From NCBI GenBank assembly GCA_012295275.1, contig CM022670.1, forward strand, positions 22,878,001 to 22,942,000: a DNA stretch of 64,000 nt. Direction: 5' to 3'. The DNA comes from Chrysomallon squamiferum (taxonomy: Eukaryota; Animalia; Mollusca). The position numbers and the translations under genes are program-made. Position 1 is the stretch's first letter. Every line of letters begins with the position of its first letter. Positions 48,001 to 62,097 of the stretch are shown here, one piece after another. The notes under the pieces were generated by a model. That model was given only the letters and a program-made list of their open reading frames with translations. It was not told where the DNA came from and ran no database searches.

Positions 48001-50496
48001 TCTGGACAAAATGTTTTTTGAAAACTGACAAACATTAAGTATTATCTTCTCTGATACATCCAAAGCAGAAATATCAGCTGCTGAAAACTACACATGACCT
48101 AAATTTATATTCTTCCTTGAAAAGCATCATTCCTTTTCTGTATGTTGTTGATATATCAGGAAATGTTTGTAACATTTTCCATATTAATAACAAAAATCAA
48201 AGTGCTTGAGCAAGAAAATCAGTGCAGGATGAACCAGATGTTACCCATTCTTTAAAACTGTCCCTGAGTCTGTTCTCCTTGTTTACTCTTGAGAAAATGA
48301 AATAATAATGAAATCCCTGAAGTGTGTCAAGTCCGCATAGCTCCACTAATATGCATGACCTAGCTACAATGACTGGGAGTCCATGAAACAGAGATAATAG
48401 TGTGCCATACCATTGTAATCATCTTTAACACAGAAAGTACACCGATCATGGAAAAGAGCAGCAGTAATGTACAGGTGTTCACATTATCATACATTAATCA
48501 TTATGAAAAAAAACAAAAAAGAAAACAAAAAAAGAGACAAGATATGAGCTACCTGTATGAGGGTGTAATGTAATTGTTTTTTTTTTTGACAGAGGGTAAA
48601 TACTGTTAAAGAGCAGAGGTGACACGGACATTTGTCTCATGCTTCAGTGACTTTAATTTCCTTTCATTTGGTTCAGTGAACCGTATAGATGTTGACGGCT
48701 CAGTGGTTTTACATATGTGATCAGTATTTTGAAACAAACGCAGATATGACATTAGAACCAGAAATGTTTTGGTTACGTTGTTTTACATCAGTAAGTGTAA
48801 CAGATGACATAAAGAGAAGATGTGCTGATGGTACTGATGCAGCTGTTTGAAGCTGCTCAAGTACAGCTGCTCACAAATGCATAATTAGTCCACGAACATG
48901 TCTGATTCTACTCTCTCATTCACTAAAATTCAAAATATTCATGCACTAAATAAGTGAATGTGCCATCCAATGTCGTTTACTTTTTAACTGCATTCCTCAC
49001 AACCATACAAATATGTTAAATATTTACTATGATAACATTCCTTCTTTCTGACTTGAAAGCAGAACTTCGTATTAATGAAAACAATCTACTACTATAAGGC
49101 CAAAGGCAACCATTACTTTTTCTGTTATAAATTGTTTACAAAACTATTAGAAAACTTCAAAAATAGAAATCCATTTTTGTGTATGAATGTTACTGAACGA
49201 TTCATTGCAAACTGAAATCTAGAAATATTTTGTCACAGTTAAATTATTTTATTTTCTGTCTCAAACTAAAAAAACTAAATTATTTTCAATAATAAGAATT
49301 TAAAATACTAAATACTGTAATTCATTTTGCAAGCTTATGTTTAAAAACAAAATTAAAACATAAGAGGGTTTTTTTTCACAAAGTTTCACTCAAATATATA
49401 TGATGTTTTTCTGTTCTTTTCTCAACATATGCAGTTTTATTTTATTTTGGGTCACCTAAACAAGTGAAAATAATATCCTGTTACAGATAATAACTGCAAA
49501 TAATTTATACTGAACAAAGACATACAAAACATTTACACCTCTATTTGTTATGTTTTATTGATGTAAAATGAAAACTGGTACAATCTTGTCTTCTTTAACA
49601 TTATTTATTACTGAAGAGTTCAAACATAATGGATCAACTGTCAGTGAAATGACATGACATTATGTAAGTCATAATTTAATTAAATTTTATGTCACGGTAT
49701 GCTGTATTACCTCATAAAGTGTTCTGAATTTGTGTCAGCCAAGCTGAACTTTATTTATACTCAGGCTGTGGTTTGCATTCATACAAAATTTAATATAACA
49801 ACTGTAACAAGACTGGATTTACAATAATGTAGATAATAATAAAAATATATACCATTCATCAATAAATCAGTCAGAGAATTTGAAAAAAATTTCATGATTA
49901 GATTACAGAAAATAGAAAGTTTTCTAAAGACACCAGCTTCCTTAGAGTTAAATAATTTATAAAACTTATGAATGCTTGACAGAAAAATGGTAGGTAATGG
50001 TTTTTTTAGATTCTTAAAAACATACATGTAAATATTTAATGAAACTCATCTCCGTTATCTATTTTCTAATTGTATACCTTTTCCATCTTCCTGTTTCAAC
50101 AGGAAGATTTAGATTTGAAAGTCTAAACTGTAACAAAAGGCTGAAATATGTCTTGAATGTGACAGTATTTTTAAATAGTTTATAATTTGAAGTTTTGGGT
50201 GAGTTATCAACAAAAGAGTACCAATATTATAAACAGTTATCTATAAGCCTTATGTTAATGCATGATTTTAATAACCACTAGTGATTCCATTATACTTTGA
50301 TAATCACATATATGTACAGCCAACATCAGTGAGGATAATATCTGTTTGTGATTGAAAATGTTATTGTTAACATCATTCAATAATAGTCTGTGTGCTAGTA
50401 ATGATAACTTAGATTGCTTTCTTGCAGTCCAGTATGTAATCATTTTTACTTTTACATTAATATATGACAATGTCCTTGTGTTTGCATCTGAATATC

Positions 50497-50531
<35 letters not shown>

Positions 50532-50756
50532 CTGTAAAGAATTAGATCAAACTCAGGTGAACAAGGGAAATGTTGCCTGGAATGTATGAGGATCAGCTAT
50601 GTTTTGTCAGGACTGTCTCACTGAACTGTTTCGTCCCCTCGTGAGCAGTCCTCAGTGGATTGATGAAATACTACAAGGAGATTCTGGCCTTTGCAAATAT
50701 TTGAACTCAGATTGGGTGACAGGTGCCGACTTGCTGAAATACTTCAGTTTTCTTAC

Positions 50757-50771
50757 CTTCACTTGATTCAT
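50757..50771 (-). CDS. candidate alternative first coding exon (MNQVK)
   Basis: gagATG, five codons, donor AAG|GTAAGA, phase 0. Confidence 0.3.
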
Positions 50772-53700
50772 CTCACTCTATACTTAGTACTTGACATAAG
50801 ATAACTTAGCTTGATAAATGTGGGTTTTTTGTTTGCATAGGCTTCTGAAAAATCAGTACATGATAAAAACAAGAAAGTAAGAATAATCTCTAGAATTGCT
50901 GTAACATACCTTTACAGATAACTGTTCTAGTTTTGTAAGATGTCAGACTCTAGCTGATTGCAGGATATACATGTTTTTGTGTGTCTTATTACAGGTACAT
51001 GTTAATTATTTAAAATGTTTTATCTGTAAGCACACAATGTTAATTTTACTCTGTATCATGAAAAAAGGCTGTATCAGTCTTAATCAATTAAATGAAATTA
51101 ATTAACAATAAGCCTTTAACTGAAGGTTTAGATTCTTGTCATTCATTTCATCTATCAATGTTTAATCCCAGGAATTTCTCAAAAACATTTTGAATGGCTG
51201 TAATTTTTCTTTCAACATTCAATAGACTACAAATATTGAGTTTTTAAAAAAAGTAAAGGATTTCATGAACGAAAAAAAATAAAATTAGAGCACGTTATAT
51301 TTCAGTGTTACAAAAATGGTCCTACCTGTTCCATCTCCACTGGTGTAAGAAAAACAAGAATAATTGATAGTTACCTGTCACAAATTGGACAAGTCGGCTG
51401 TACTGAACTCCAAGCCTATAAAACAAGTACAGCCCAGTGCAAGACACTGGCAGTTTGCTTTCTACTGAGAAACCAATGTATCAGACTATTAAAAACTGCA
51501 AAAATTATTAATTCAGTTCTTAATTTCCTTTTTGTCTTTTTTTGTGTATGATTTGCAACTTGATCAGACATAGATTAATGGATTAAACAAGTAATTACTA
51601 AATATAAATCTTTTATAAAGCTATTATTATCAGAAATAAAAACTGGCTACCATTAAATGAAATCATTTTTTCAAATTATAATTTACATCAGTGCTATAAC
51701 TGGCAATGAATTAATTTTATTCCTTTATTTCTCACACATATTTTATAATTTGCTGATTCTGTGTACACCTTTTATATGTTAATTTAAGAATAAAACAATA
51801 AAAGGAATCAGTGAAAAGTAAAAGCATTAACTGCATATTTTTTTTTTATCTCTTACATAATTTTCTGCCTTTTTAAAAACAAAAATTATTTATTTAAGAA
51901 AAGTCAATAAAATTAATGGCAGACCTATTATAATGAATGGTCTGTTAAAAGATCTTAACATAAATCCATTACAAAGATTTTCCTTTATCTTGAATACCCC
52001 CCAAATTATAAATTATCTTCTGTTTTTTTGGTTTAATTAATTGTATTTTCTTTATTTATTTCATTTTTGTCACATATTTCTGAACTAACTAAATGGCTGC
52101 AGGTTGGCAAAGTCACAATATTAACTTGTGTTTATGTGTCAGGTTGGGCAATGCAAGCAGGTACCAGGCTTCCATAACTTTTCTGAAGTCAAAACAGATC
52201 AGTTACTGTCCAGGTGTCAGATATACCCACAGATAGCAACTTTACAAATCTCACAATACACATAACAATGGAACCCAGTAACAAAAATTTTAAAACTGAC
52301 CCCATTTTAAAAAAAAATATAAAACTTTCAGCAACAGGTATGTCGTATTACTTTACTCAGAGTTTATCTTATTATATTTCTTAAACAGACTCTCTCTGCT
52401 CAAAGGTTTATTTCTATAAATAAATGAATGAATAAATAAATAAATAAATAAACAAATAAACAAATAAACATAATATTGGACAAGAATTAAAATAGAAATT
52501 CTGACAATAAAAATGTTTATATACATGCAACTTATCTGTTTATCTGTGTTTAAAAGTTAATTTTCGGAAGTAAACAAAGTAATAAAAACAATAAAATAAA
52601 TTAATAGTAATAATAATAATAATAATAAAATAATAAAATATTAAACAACATAAAATCTGTGAAATATAAAATTTTGTTGGAATCAGGAACAAAAAGGCAA
52701 GAATCTTATTTGGTATTTTTATCACTTTTGTTGAATAATTTACAAATGAATTACTTTTATATAGTTTTTAAATTAAATTTCATATTTATTAACTTTTAAG
52801 TCTCTTTATCTGCTGAAAATGATTTTAGAATCATGGAACCAAAATGTTTGTAACAATAACTGGTTTAATCTGACTTCATATTCTCTTCATTTATGACAAT
52901 ATCCAGAATGATGCAACAAGGTAAACCAGTTTGAATACTACATCTTGATATAAGCAATATCAGTATACTTTTTCACGACACAGTGAAATCATTCGCCAAC
53001 AAACCAAACACTCATTTTCTTCTGCATGTTAGTAGTTTTTGATGTCTCACATATAAAACTAATCCTTTAATAAATAAGGCAGTTATTTGTTTAGCAATCT
53101 TAACATGGATAATTACCAACCAGCTAATATACTTTCTTCAGAAAAGCTCATGTGTTCTTTTACATACAGAGCTGTATGGAGCTCAATTGTCAATGGAATG
53201 TGGTTTGGAATGTAACCCTGAAATATTCTACTGACAGATTAATAATCTTGCTAAGTCAATAGACATACAGACATTTTTTTTCAAAAGTATGTTTGAAATT
53301 TAAAAGATACAAATTTTAAAGCACACTGAAATGTCAAAACTGGAACTGAGAGAGAAACTTGTAGTAAAAGGATTTCAGTTAAAATACAAAATGGGTACTC
53401 TCTCTCTCTCTCTCTCTTTTTTGTGTGTGTGTATGTAAGTGTATGTATGTATTTAGGTGTATATGTGTGTGTCTGTGTGTCTGTGTGTGTGTCTGTCTGT
53501 CTGTCATAAATATAAGATTTAATTCTAAAACCTTTTGTTTCTTTGAGTAATAAGTGTCCAGATTTTTTATCTGTGGAATATTTATGTTCATGTCAGTTTG
53601 GATTTTCTAGGTAAACAAATGCCTAAAGGTATTGTTACACTATTCACAATAATAAAAGAACCAAACATGCATGAAAACAGCCGAAAAAGGACAATGAAAA

Positions 53701-56700
53701 AAGCATTCGCTTACTTTGATACTGAAACTATATATTATAAAACGTGCTAAATGAAAATAAACAAGATACATTATGTTATTTCTGGGCTGGGTAAATGAAA
53801 CTATTGAAATAATAGTGACAGTTTAAAATCTGTTATATTTTTAAAAGTGAATTTGATTTTTTATCAACAAATTAATTTAAAAATCAACATGCAATAGCAT
53901 AAATACATTATACCAACAATACATAACATCGAAAACAAGATGAATTTTGCAAATAGTCACACTTTGAAATATATTTCCAGTACGAATTCCAGCAAAATTA
54001 ATCTTTTATTTCTCTTGTATAACATATTCTTCAATATATATATATCAATACAAAATGTTTAATCTATCAGAGATATTTTAAATCGACTATCAGAACACTT
54101 TCTAGGATATTATATAATTCCAACAGCAACAATATGTCTGAATTTATATATTTATCTATTATGCATACCTGTAACAGATACTTGAAATCAGGACTTTTCT
54201 TCCTGGCAGGCAGAATGTCTTATCAGTGAATGTTAATAATACATGTAAAGAGACTGGTACTGGAAATTGACAATGCTACTCGAGTTTAATGAGCTGCTAC
54301 ATACAACTACCATAAACATTGTGGATTTAACCCCTCAATTCAGTGAGCTCACTCAGCATTAAGAATGTCAAATGCAGAATTTGATAGGCTATACTAAGAT
54401 AAAAACTTCACTGTCCATGTCCTTTAATACTTTGTGAAGCAGATATTTTCGTGTTTGCAAACAAAATAAAAGGACAGTATTGTTTGCTTATAAAAGGTTA
54501 TAAAAAAAAAAAAAAATGGAAATTGAAAATATATTATTTAATTTGTTTGTGTTGAAAATGACTTTTAAAAAAAAAAAGAAGAAAAATTATGTAAAGTTAT
54601 TTATAAATGGATCTATAAATGTAACTTAATATATTCAAGATGGAAATCAGATAAGTTGTAAGCCAGTTTTATTAGTTTATCATAACTGTGTAATTACACA
54701 TGCATGGGTAATTGTTGATTCATTCAAAACGGGCATTAAAATAACAGATATTTATATCAGTGAATCCTTAACTGTTTTTCAAATCCAAATTAAAAATTTA
54801 TCAACAATAATAAATAAGCTGTTAAATATAGTAAAAAAAATATACAGACATTTTAAATTTGTATTTATTTATTTATTTATTTATTTATTTTTGTTTATCA
54901 TTTGTCTGAGGTGGGGTTTGGCAGAGTATTTTTCATAGAAAAAAAAAAATGCAGTATCCTGAAAAAATGAGAAAACTAATAATAGAAATTTTCTATCATT
55001 TGCTATGAAAAGTAAACAGTTTTGTATTATTAAACATAGTTGATTAAACTATATTTTAAGAAGTAAAAAATTTTTAATATGAATCTTCCTAATAAAAATG
55101 AAAACTTGACATTAATTATAACATTTAAACAATAAATGATAAAAAAAAGAAATTTGTGTTAAAAATTAATAAAACATATACAATTAAAAAATAATGATAA
55201 AATCCATACAAGAAAAAACAGAATAAAAAGAGAAGGGAAAACTATAATGAACATATATTTAAACAAACTTTCAAACCTATTTTTCTATCACAATGTTATT
55301 TAAACAGAAAATTAGTTTTAAAAAAACAACAAAAAACCTCCCAAAAACAAAACAAATCACAACAAATAAAAAGCCTATCCAAATTTTTTTTTAAATGCAA
55401 CCTCCCTAAATCCCTCTAAAAAAAACCCCAGTTAATCACAAAAATCAAGAAATATATTTCAAACAGCAGATAATTGATTAAAATTAAACTTGAAGTCTAG
55501 CATGAACATTTTAAATGATCAACCTATCAATATCATGACCATAAACTGTAACAAACACAGGCTGACATTCAGCTTTTTGACATTTATATACTTCATTGTT
55601 CTCAAATTGATGGATTCCTGCGATATGCTGCTATTATGAGTGGGCAGACATAAATCAAACAAGTAACTGCTGAGCAATGACAAATAGGTTTGACATAAAC
55701 CACACTCCATTCAGAACACACAGTACACCACAGCCCAAATAATTATTAGGGAGAAGACGTTTTCACACAAAGGTTGCCTCTGTAAATTACCTGAAACAAA
55801 ACCTGACATTCCACATCCACAGCTACATCTAATAACCATATTTATGAAGTGAGAAATTATAGTGAACAATGTCCAGAGTAAAAATATGAAGAAGACTTTA
55901 TATATTTAAAATTCAGTATGTTTCGTTATTAAAGAAATCGTAAGATATAATATTGGGTAAATGGAATGTGTACTGGATCTGTACCTAAAAGACACATTTT
56001 CGTTTATTACTCTGATAAAATGAAAAATATTACAAACTGTCTCAAAATATAAAATATGTATTTTATCAAGTTTGCCATTACCTAAGATGTAAAAATTTTC
56101 TTATGGTCTGCTAATCAGATAGATTTTTAATTTTTTAAAATTTTGAGGATAGGTAAGATAAACTAGAAATATTTTTAGTGACAACGCCCTCCCAAACACA
56201 ACAACATTATTTTTCACCTTCACATTTTGATGTAAATATTCTAAATCTAATAGCTTGTTCATAATATTTAATCTAAATAAACAATCTCCATGACAACAGA
56301 TCCTGTTACATTCACAGCTATTGACACTTCCATTTCACTCATTCAAAATGGTTAACTGTTCTTAAAAATGAAATTCACAAAACAAAACAAAACAAAGTAA
56401 AAATAAATAACAAATGGAGAATAGTTTGTCTTTAAACAAAAGAGGAATGTGTAAAGAGAAAAGCAGACATGCAAAATTTAAACGATATAAAAAAAAAATG
56501 TAAGAACAATTTTTAATTTAAATATATATATTTAGAACAAAATATCATGTAAAAGAAATAAAAAGTTTTATAACAAATTTTTCTCTGTAAGCATGCTGTT
56601 TTCCTGACTACTGCACGCTAATTCGAACACATTAAGTTTTCACACAGTGGGAGACTAGTTCAACAGGTGTCAATATACATTGATTTTGCTTTTCACCACA

Positions 56701-59034
56701 ACAATTCACATCTAAACACTGAATGTACGCTGAAACTGGAGCATGCTCCCAGCATTCTGTTACAGCAGATGATGTGCAAGGCATTTCAATGCATAAAAGC
56801 AGAAGCTTAGTGTAACATATTATTATTACAGGCATTATTGTTATTATTACTTTCTGAAACACAGAACATTAGAATTTTAAAAGTAGTATATGAAGTTGAA
56901 GTATAAATTTAATCATTAACCAACATCTGAAATGAATAAACAATCCTATGCCTGTGTTATATTATTAGTACATTTGAAGGTTTAATTAATTATTTTTTAA
57001 TCCAGACAAATGCTTAAGCACATTGATTAGATTTCTGGTTTTTATGACTATGCAAAACGTATTTTGTGTCCAGCAACATCTATAACTGAAACTGATAAAC
57101 TACAATCAACATACCTGAAACTTTCCTATTTTCACATGTTTTTATGACAATCTTGGCATCCAGTACTGAATAACTAAGATCCAGTGCATGGTAACACTGC
57201 GTGTCGACTAACTCGTGAATTTCAAACTAAGTTGTTCATGTCCACACACCATTGTTTCAGATGAAAGGTCTAAAACTTTGGCAAACATAAATGAGAAAAA
57301 AGCAAAAATGCGTCCCGATTGCCAACTCAAACACACGAGACTCGGCACCTAGCATGGACGAATGTCTTGTGCCAGCTGCAGAATCAATGGATACACATTG
57401 ATCATGTCATAAAGAGCCCGAAACATCTGCTGCAGACCGAATGCCAACATTATGTTTACATGCAAATTGTTTTATGATTGTTACATTGATGAATGTTCGC
57501 TTTTCTTTGCATTTTCAATTTCATGCAGGATACAGCTTGTTATTATGTTTGAGAAAAGCATGTCAATAATTATTATAATATTTGGAATTTTTTCGTTCTT
57601 TGAAGAAAAAGGTTCATGAAATATCTTCAAGTTTTGCAATAATTAAATTGTTACATCATTTGTTTAAACAGAGCATGTGAGATAAATATAAGAATTAGTC
57701 ATCTGATTTTCAAATTTACTATGTTTAATTAACATCTTTTACTTATAATGAAAAAATTTAAATAGTAAAACTGTAAGAAAATATGAAATATAGTTATTAT
57801 TCTTTATTCTTTGTTTAATAACAGTATGATAGTTTTGCTGTTAAACACAAAAATAACTGTAACACAGGATGAATCAACAGTATTTTGCTCAGTCTTTTCA
57901 GTGTATTATAACTGCACAGTAACATTTGATGTAATATCTGTGTGTATGCAATATTAAAACCATCATTTAGTTAAAATTCACTTAAATTCCAAAATGTATC
58001 TTTCTACCAAACAAATAAAATGATCAACAATTATTTACAAAAAAACATCTAAACCCTGCACCTCAGAAATTTTCTTATTTAGGTCAAAGAAGAAAGTTTT
58101 AAAACAAATTACTAATATTACACATCATGAAAGAGAAAGTTGATTAAAGCACTAAAACATGATAAACCACAAATGTTTAATGACAAACCCTGCACAAAAC
58201 AAAAATATCAGCTATTTCCATGGTGATGATAAACCAGAAATTATAACCATAGAATAGATATTTAATAATACCTCAGCACCAATTTACAACAGCTATTAGA
58301 TGTCATCAGCAAATGAACAATTAATTTTGAGTATACATTTAAACACAGTGTAAATGAGGAAAATACAACAAAGACAATAATAACAATAATTATTATTTTT
58401 TAAATATACAGTAAACTAAAGGTTAACAATAGAGAGAATGTATTATACTGACAGTATTTTTATTTCTTATTATTAGGATTGTTACTTTTTTCTTCTTTAA
58501 AAAAAAAAGAAAAAAGTAGAGAATAGATTAAATAATTATTTAAATATAATATTAATTACAACTGATAAATAAGTTATTTTAATGTTTATTCAAAAATACT
58601 GTGTAAAGAAAAAATAACTATATTTCAAAGATTATAATTAATACAATAATCTGTGACAAAAGATATGCAACAAATGTTTTGACAATTGAAATATTCCTGT
58701 TACATATTTGCCTATCAAATAAATACATGTACTAATTACATGTATTTTTTTAGCTTTCGTCTGATATAATAAGTTACCTTCTGTTTCATTTTGAAAACAG
58801 TTTACCTGTCTGTCCAGAGCCAGTCACAGCTACAGTGCTCATAGGGCAACAGGTTGTCAGGAAAAAGCACAAAAAGCTGATGGCAAATGCTTGCCCCACA
58901 CTGAGAAACGATCTGACATGTCAGTGGCCATAAACATGACTGCCAAGACTTCAAATGGTGCTTACATGAGCAGCATTGACACAGAGATGAAGGATGCCCA
59001 TTAATCAACTTCAGTGGTTGTGAGGAACTCAGTC

Positions 59035-59040
59035 TTTATT
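59035..59040 (-). terminator. candidate polyadenylation signal AATAAA of the unidentified gene
   Basis: First minus-strand AATAAA, ~190 nt after the predicted stop at 59226. Confidence 0.35.
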
Positions 59041-59225
59041 CAACAAGAACATTGCGTAAGCAGAAACCTTCCACAATTCAAAATCACCTCAAACCGTGAT
59101 GTTGAATAACATCTTTCATAACATTTCATCTACTGTACACTTCATGAATATTTTTTCTTTGATATTATTTCAGCAGTTATATTTACAACGTATCATCATT
59201 AAGACAACATCCAGTCTAACTATCG

Positions 59226-62060
59226 TCATTTTACATACAACTGTAAAAAGCTTTCTTTTGGTTTTTTCCTTTTCATATATGTAAATAAAATGAAGTTGGG
59301 ACTGAAGAGGTTATTAAAACTTCACAGATTATAGAATATTCTATTTTTCTACTTTGTTGCTATCCAAAATACAAAACAAATACTGCCATACTTACAAAAA
59401 CTAGCCTGTCTCCTTCCATGTTCAGTTTTGTCATTTCATTTTTGAGGTCTATCAGTTTTCTCTCCAAGTCTGAAAAACTGTTGTCCTCAGAATGACCAGA
59501 CCAGCTTAAACACAACAATGGGTCCTCTTCTACTGGCCTGACTGATGGAAATAACAATACAAACAAATTTCAGAGTTGTTTTGTATACGTATTTGATAAA
59601 AAAGAAAAAAAACACACCACTTTTTTCCTACAAGTAATACAAATAAAGTGAAGGTTATGTGTATTCTGCAAATTAGGTTATTTATTAACATGCAAAAACA
59701 GTTATAGTATATAAAAAAAAAAGAAAAAAAGGAAAATAAGATAAAAATAAAATGAACATAAATAATGTATTTGTGAAAATGTGAAAAATTAAAAAGAAAA
59801 ATTAAAAAATGTTTGAAACAGATGTTGATTAATTAACTGAATAATTTTTAGTGACTAGGCTCATACATTTTAAAATAAATTTCTGTTGATAATTTCAAAA
59901 AATCTTAATAAAACCCTGTGTTTAATCAGTTGAGTACAGATATATGGAGAGACTGAAAACCAGACAAGAATGATCACTGCTTGGAGAAGGTCCTAATAAC
60001 AACGATTGCTTTCTGAGAGTTGAAAATTACTTTCTTTTTTAACCATTGGTAAAAGGGAACATGACTCTGCAATATACACAGACCTGGAGCAGTTGTGAAT
60101 ATCGGGTCTTCTTCTTCAGACATTGCACTAGAAGTTGCCTTGGATTTACAGAAAGACTCAATAAATGTATCACCGAAATCTTTCACTGAGACTATTACTG
60201 CATCAGGGATAGTAGCAGTCTTTCCATGGTTTCTCTCAAAGAGATCACACTCTGGAAATAAAACACAGCCGGAGGTTTCTCGGATCAAGAGAGCAGACTG
60301 GTCAAAAGGGTTGAATATAAACGGAATAAAAATGTCTGATGAAACTAGATCTTCCAGCAGTTTGGCATTTTCTGAAAAAACATAAAATAATTTTTTTAAA
60401 ACATGTCTCAGACCTAATTTCTGTTGTCTTGGTGCAATCAGATTACTAAAATACTTCTGTAAATTATAAACAGTGTGATATTTCTGACAGTTATTATGTA
60501 TAACCAATGTATATATATATATTTTTTTTTTATTGTGTTTGGATTGCAGCTTGATTATATAAATACCTTTTTTTATAACAGATACTTCAAAGAGAACAGT
60601 TTTGAAAGTGTTTGATGCCAAAAACATATATCTCTTGAGCATTTGACATATGCTCTCTGAAGAACTATTACTAGAACACAACTATTTGAACTACCTATAC
60701 ATGTTTTTATGTGCAATAAACCATTGTCACATAATATAACAAAAAGTTTCATTTTCACTTTGGGTTGATTCACTTGCAAACACTTTCATGTTAACATGTT
60801 TTTACAACTACAACAGCAATGTCAGGAACTGAAGTAACTGGCTGCATGTAACTTTGAGGAATGAAATTCAAAAATTTAAATTCAAGTACTTTTTACAGCT
60901 TTAATCAAATAGGAATCCCTGCGTGGGCAAACTGAAATAATTATTTTACAACGGGAATCAATCTGTATCCCATCTGTTGGTTCAAGCATGTTTATCATGG
61001 ACATGACTGTTAATAATGCATGACTGAAGGAAATGTGGAAATGGTAACCTTGTTACACTTTAAACTAACAAATAATCTTAAAAAGACAAAAAATAAATTA
61101 AAATCTAAAGGACAGTATATTATATTCTATTTTAAGGCAGCAAATGCAGTGTACTTTTTCTATTTAAAATTCTGTTGAAGATTATAAATATAAAATTTTG
61201 CTAACTAAATAAAAGGTGACAGTTCAGTCATAATGTCATAAATAAAAAAATATAATGAAAATCAATGATTTAAAATAAAATTGTAAAACTAATAAATAAA
61301 TAAATAAATAATAATACCAACAAATATGTATTTTATCTTAAGAAACATGTTTCTGCTCTCTGAAATTAATTAACTTTATTTTTGTTTGTTTGATTACGAA
61401 AATTACAAAAATAACACAGTCTATGAAGTATATTTGCATTCACCGGCAAGACTTTCATCTTTAAGTTTTAGTCATCTTAAGATTGTATATAACATTAAAA
61501 ATGTTATTAATATAAATTTTTCTGTCAACAGTTATACATTTAATATTAGAAATAAAATTTAATAATGAATATTGTAATTCAAAAACACATGCTTATAAAA
61601 GAACTGAATTCATTTTCTTGATTTTTCTACATAACAGTAGTCTATTTTAAACATATAAATTCTCAGAAATGGCAACATCAATAATAATAAAGAAAGAAAG
61701 AAAAAGCCTGTTTTAATATACAAGATTGTCAGTTAAAATGTCAGTTCATAACTGTTTTAATAATTTAACAGAAACAGAAATAACTTACATCTAAAAGTGA
61801 AACACTGATATAAAATTAAGTGTAATTTCCACTATGAAACAGAAACTTTGCAACATATACAAGTTTTACAGAACATTAACTGTATTTAAAATGTTTAAGG
61901 ATCGGAAAAATGGGTTAAAACTATCATAAATATAAGTATAAGATTAAACCATAAACAAATCATACACACATCTACAAGTGTAAAATTCAGCAAATAGATT
62001 TTGCTCCTTTATTCTATATTAAAAAAAAAATAATAATAATTATAAAAATAAAAACGAAAA

Positions 62061-62097
<37 letters not shown>

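Noticed and set aside
58721-58747. AAATACATGTA-CTAAT-TACATGTATTT inverted repeat
   Set aside because: It is built from two copies of the self-palindromic, AT-rich TACATGTA word, with no further structure.
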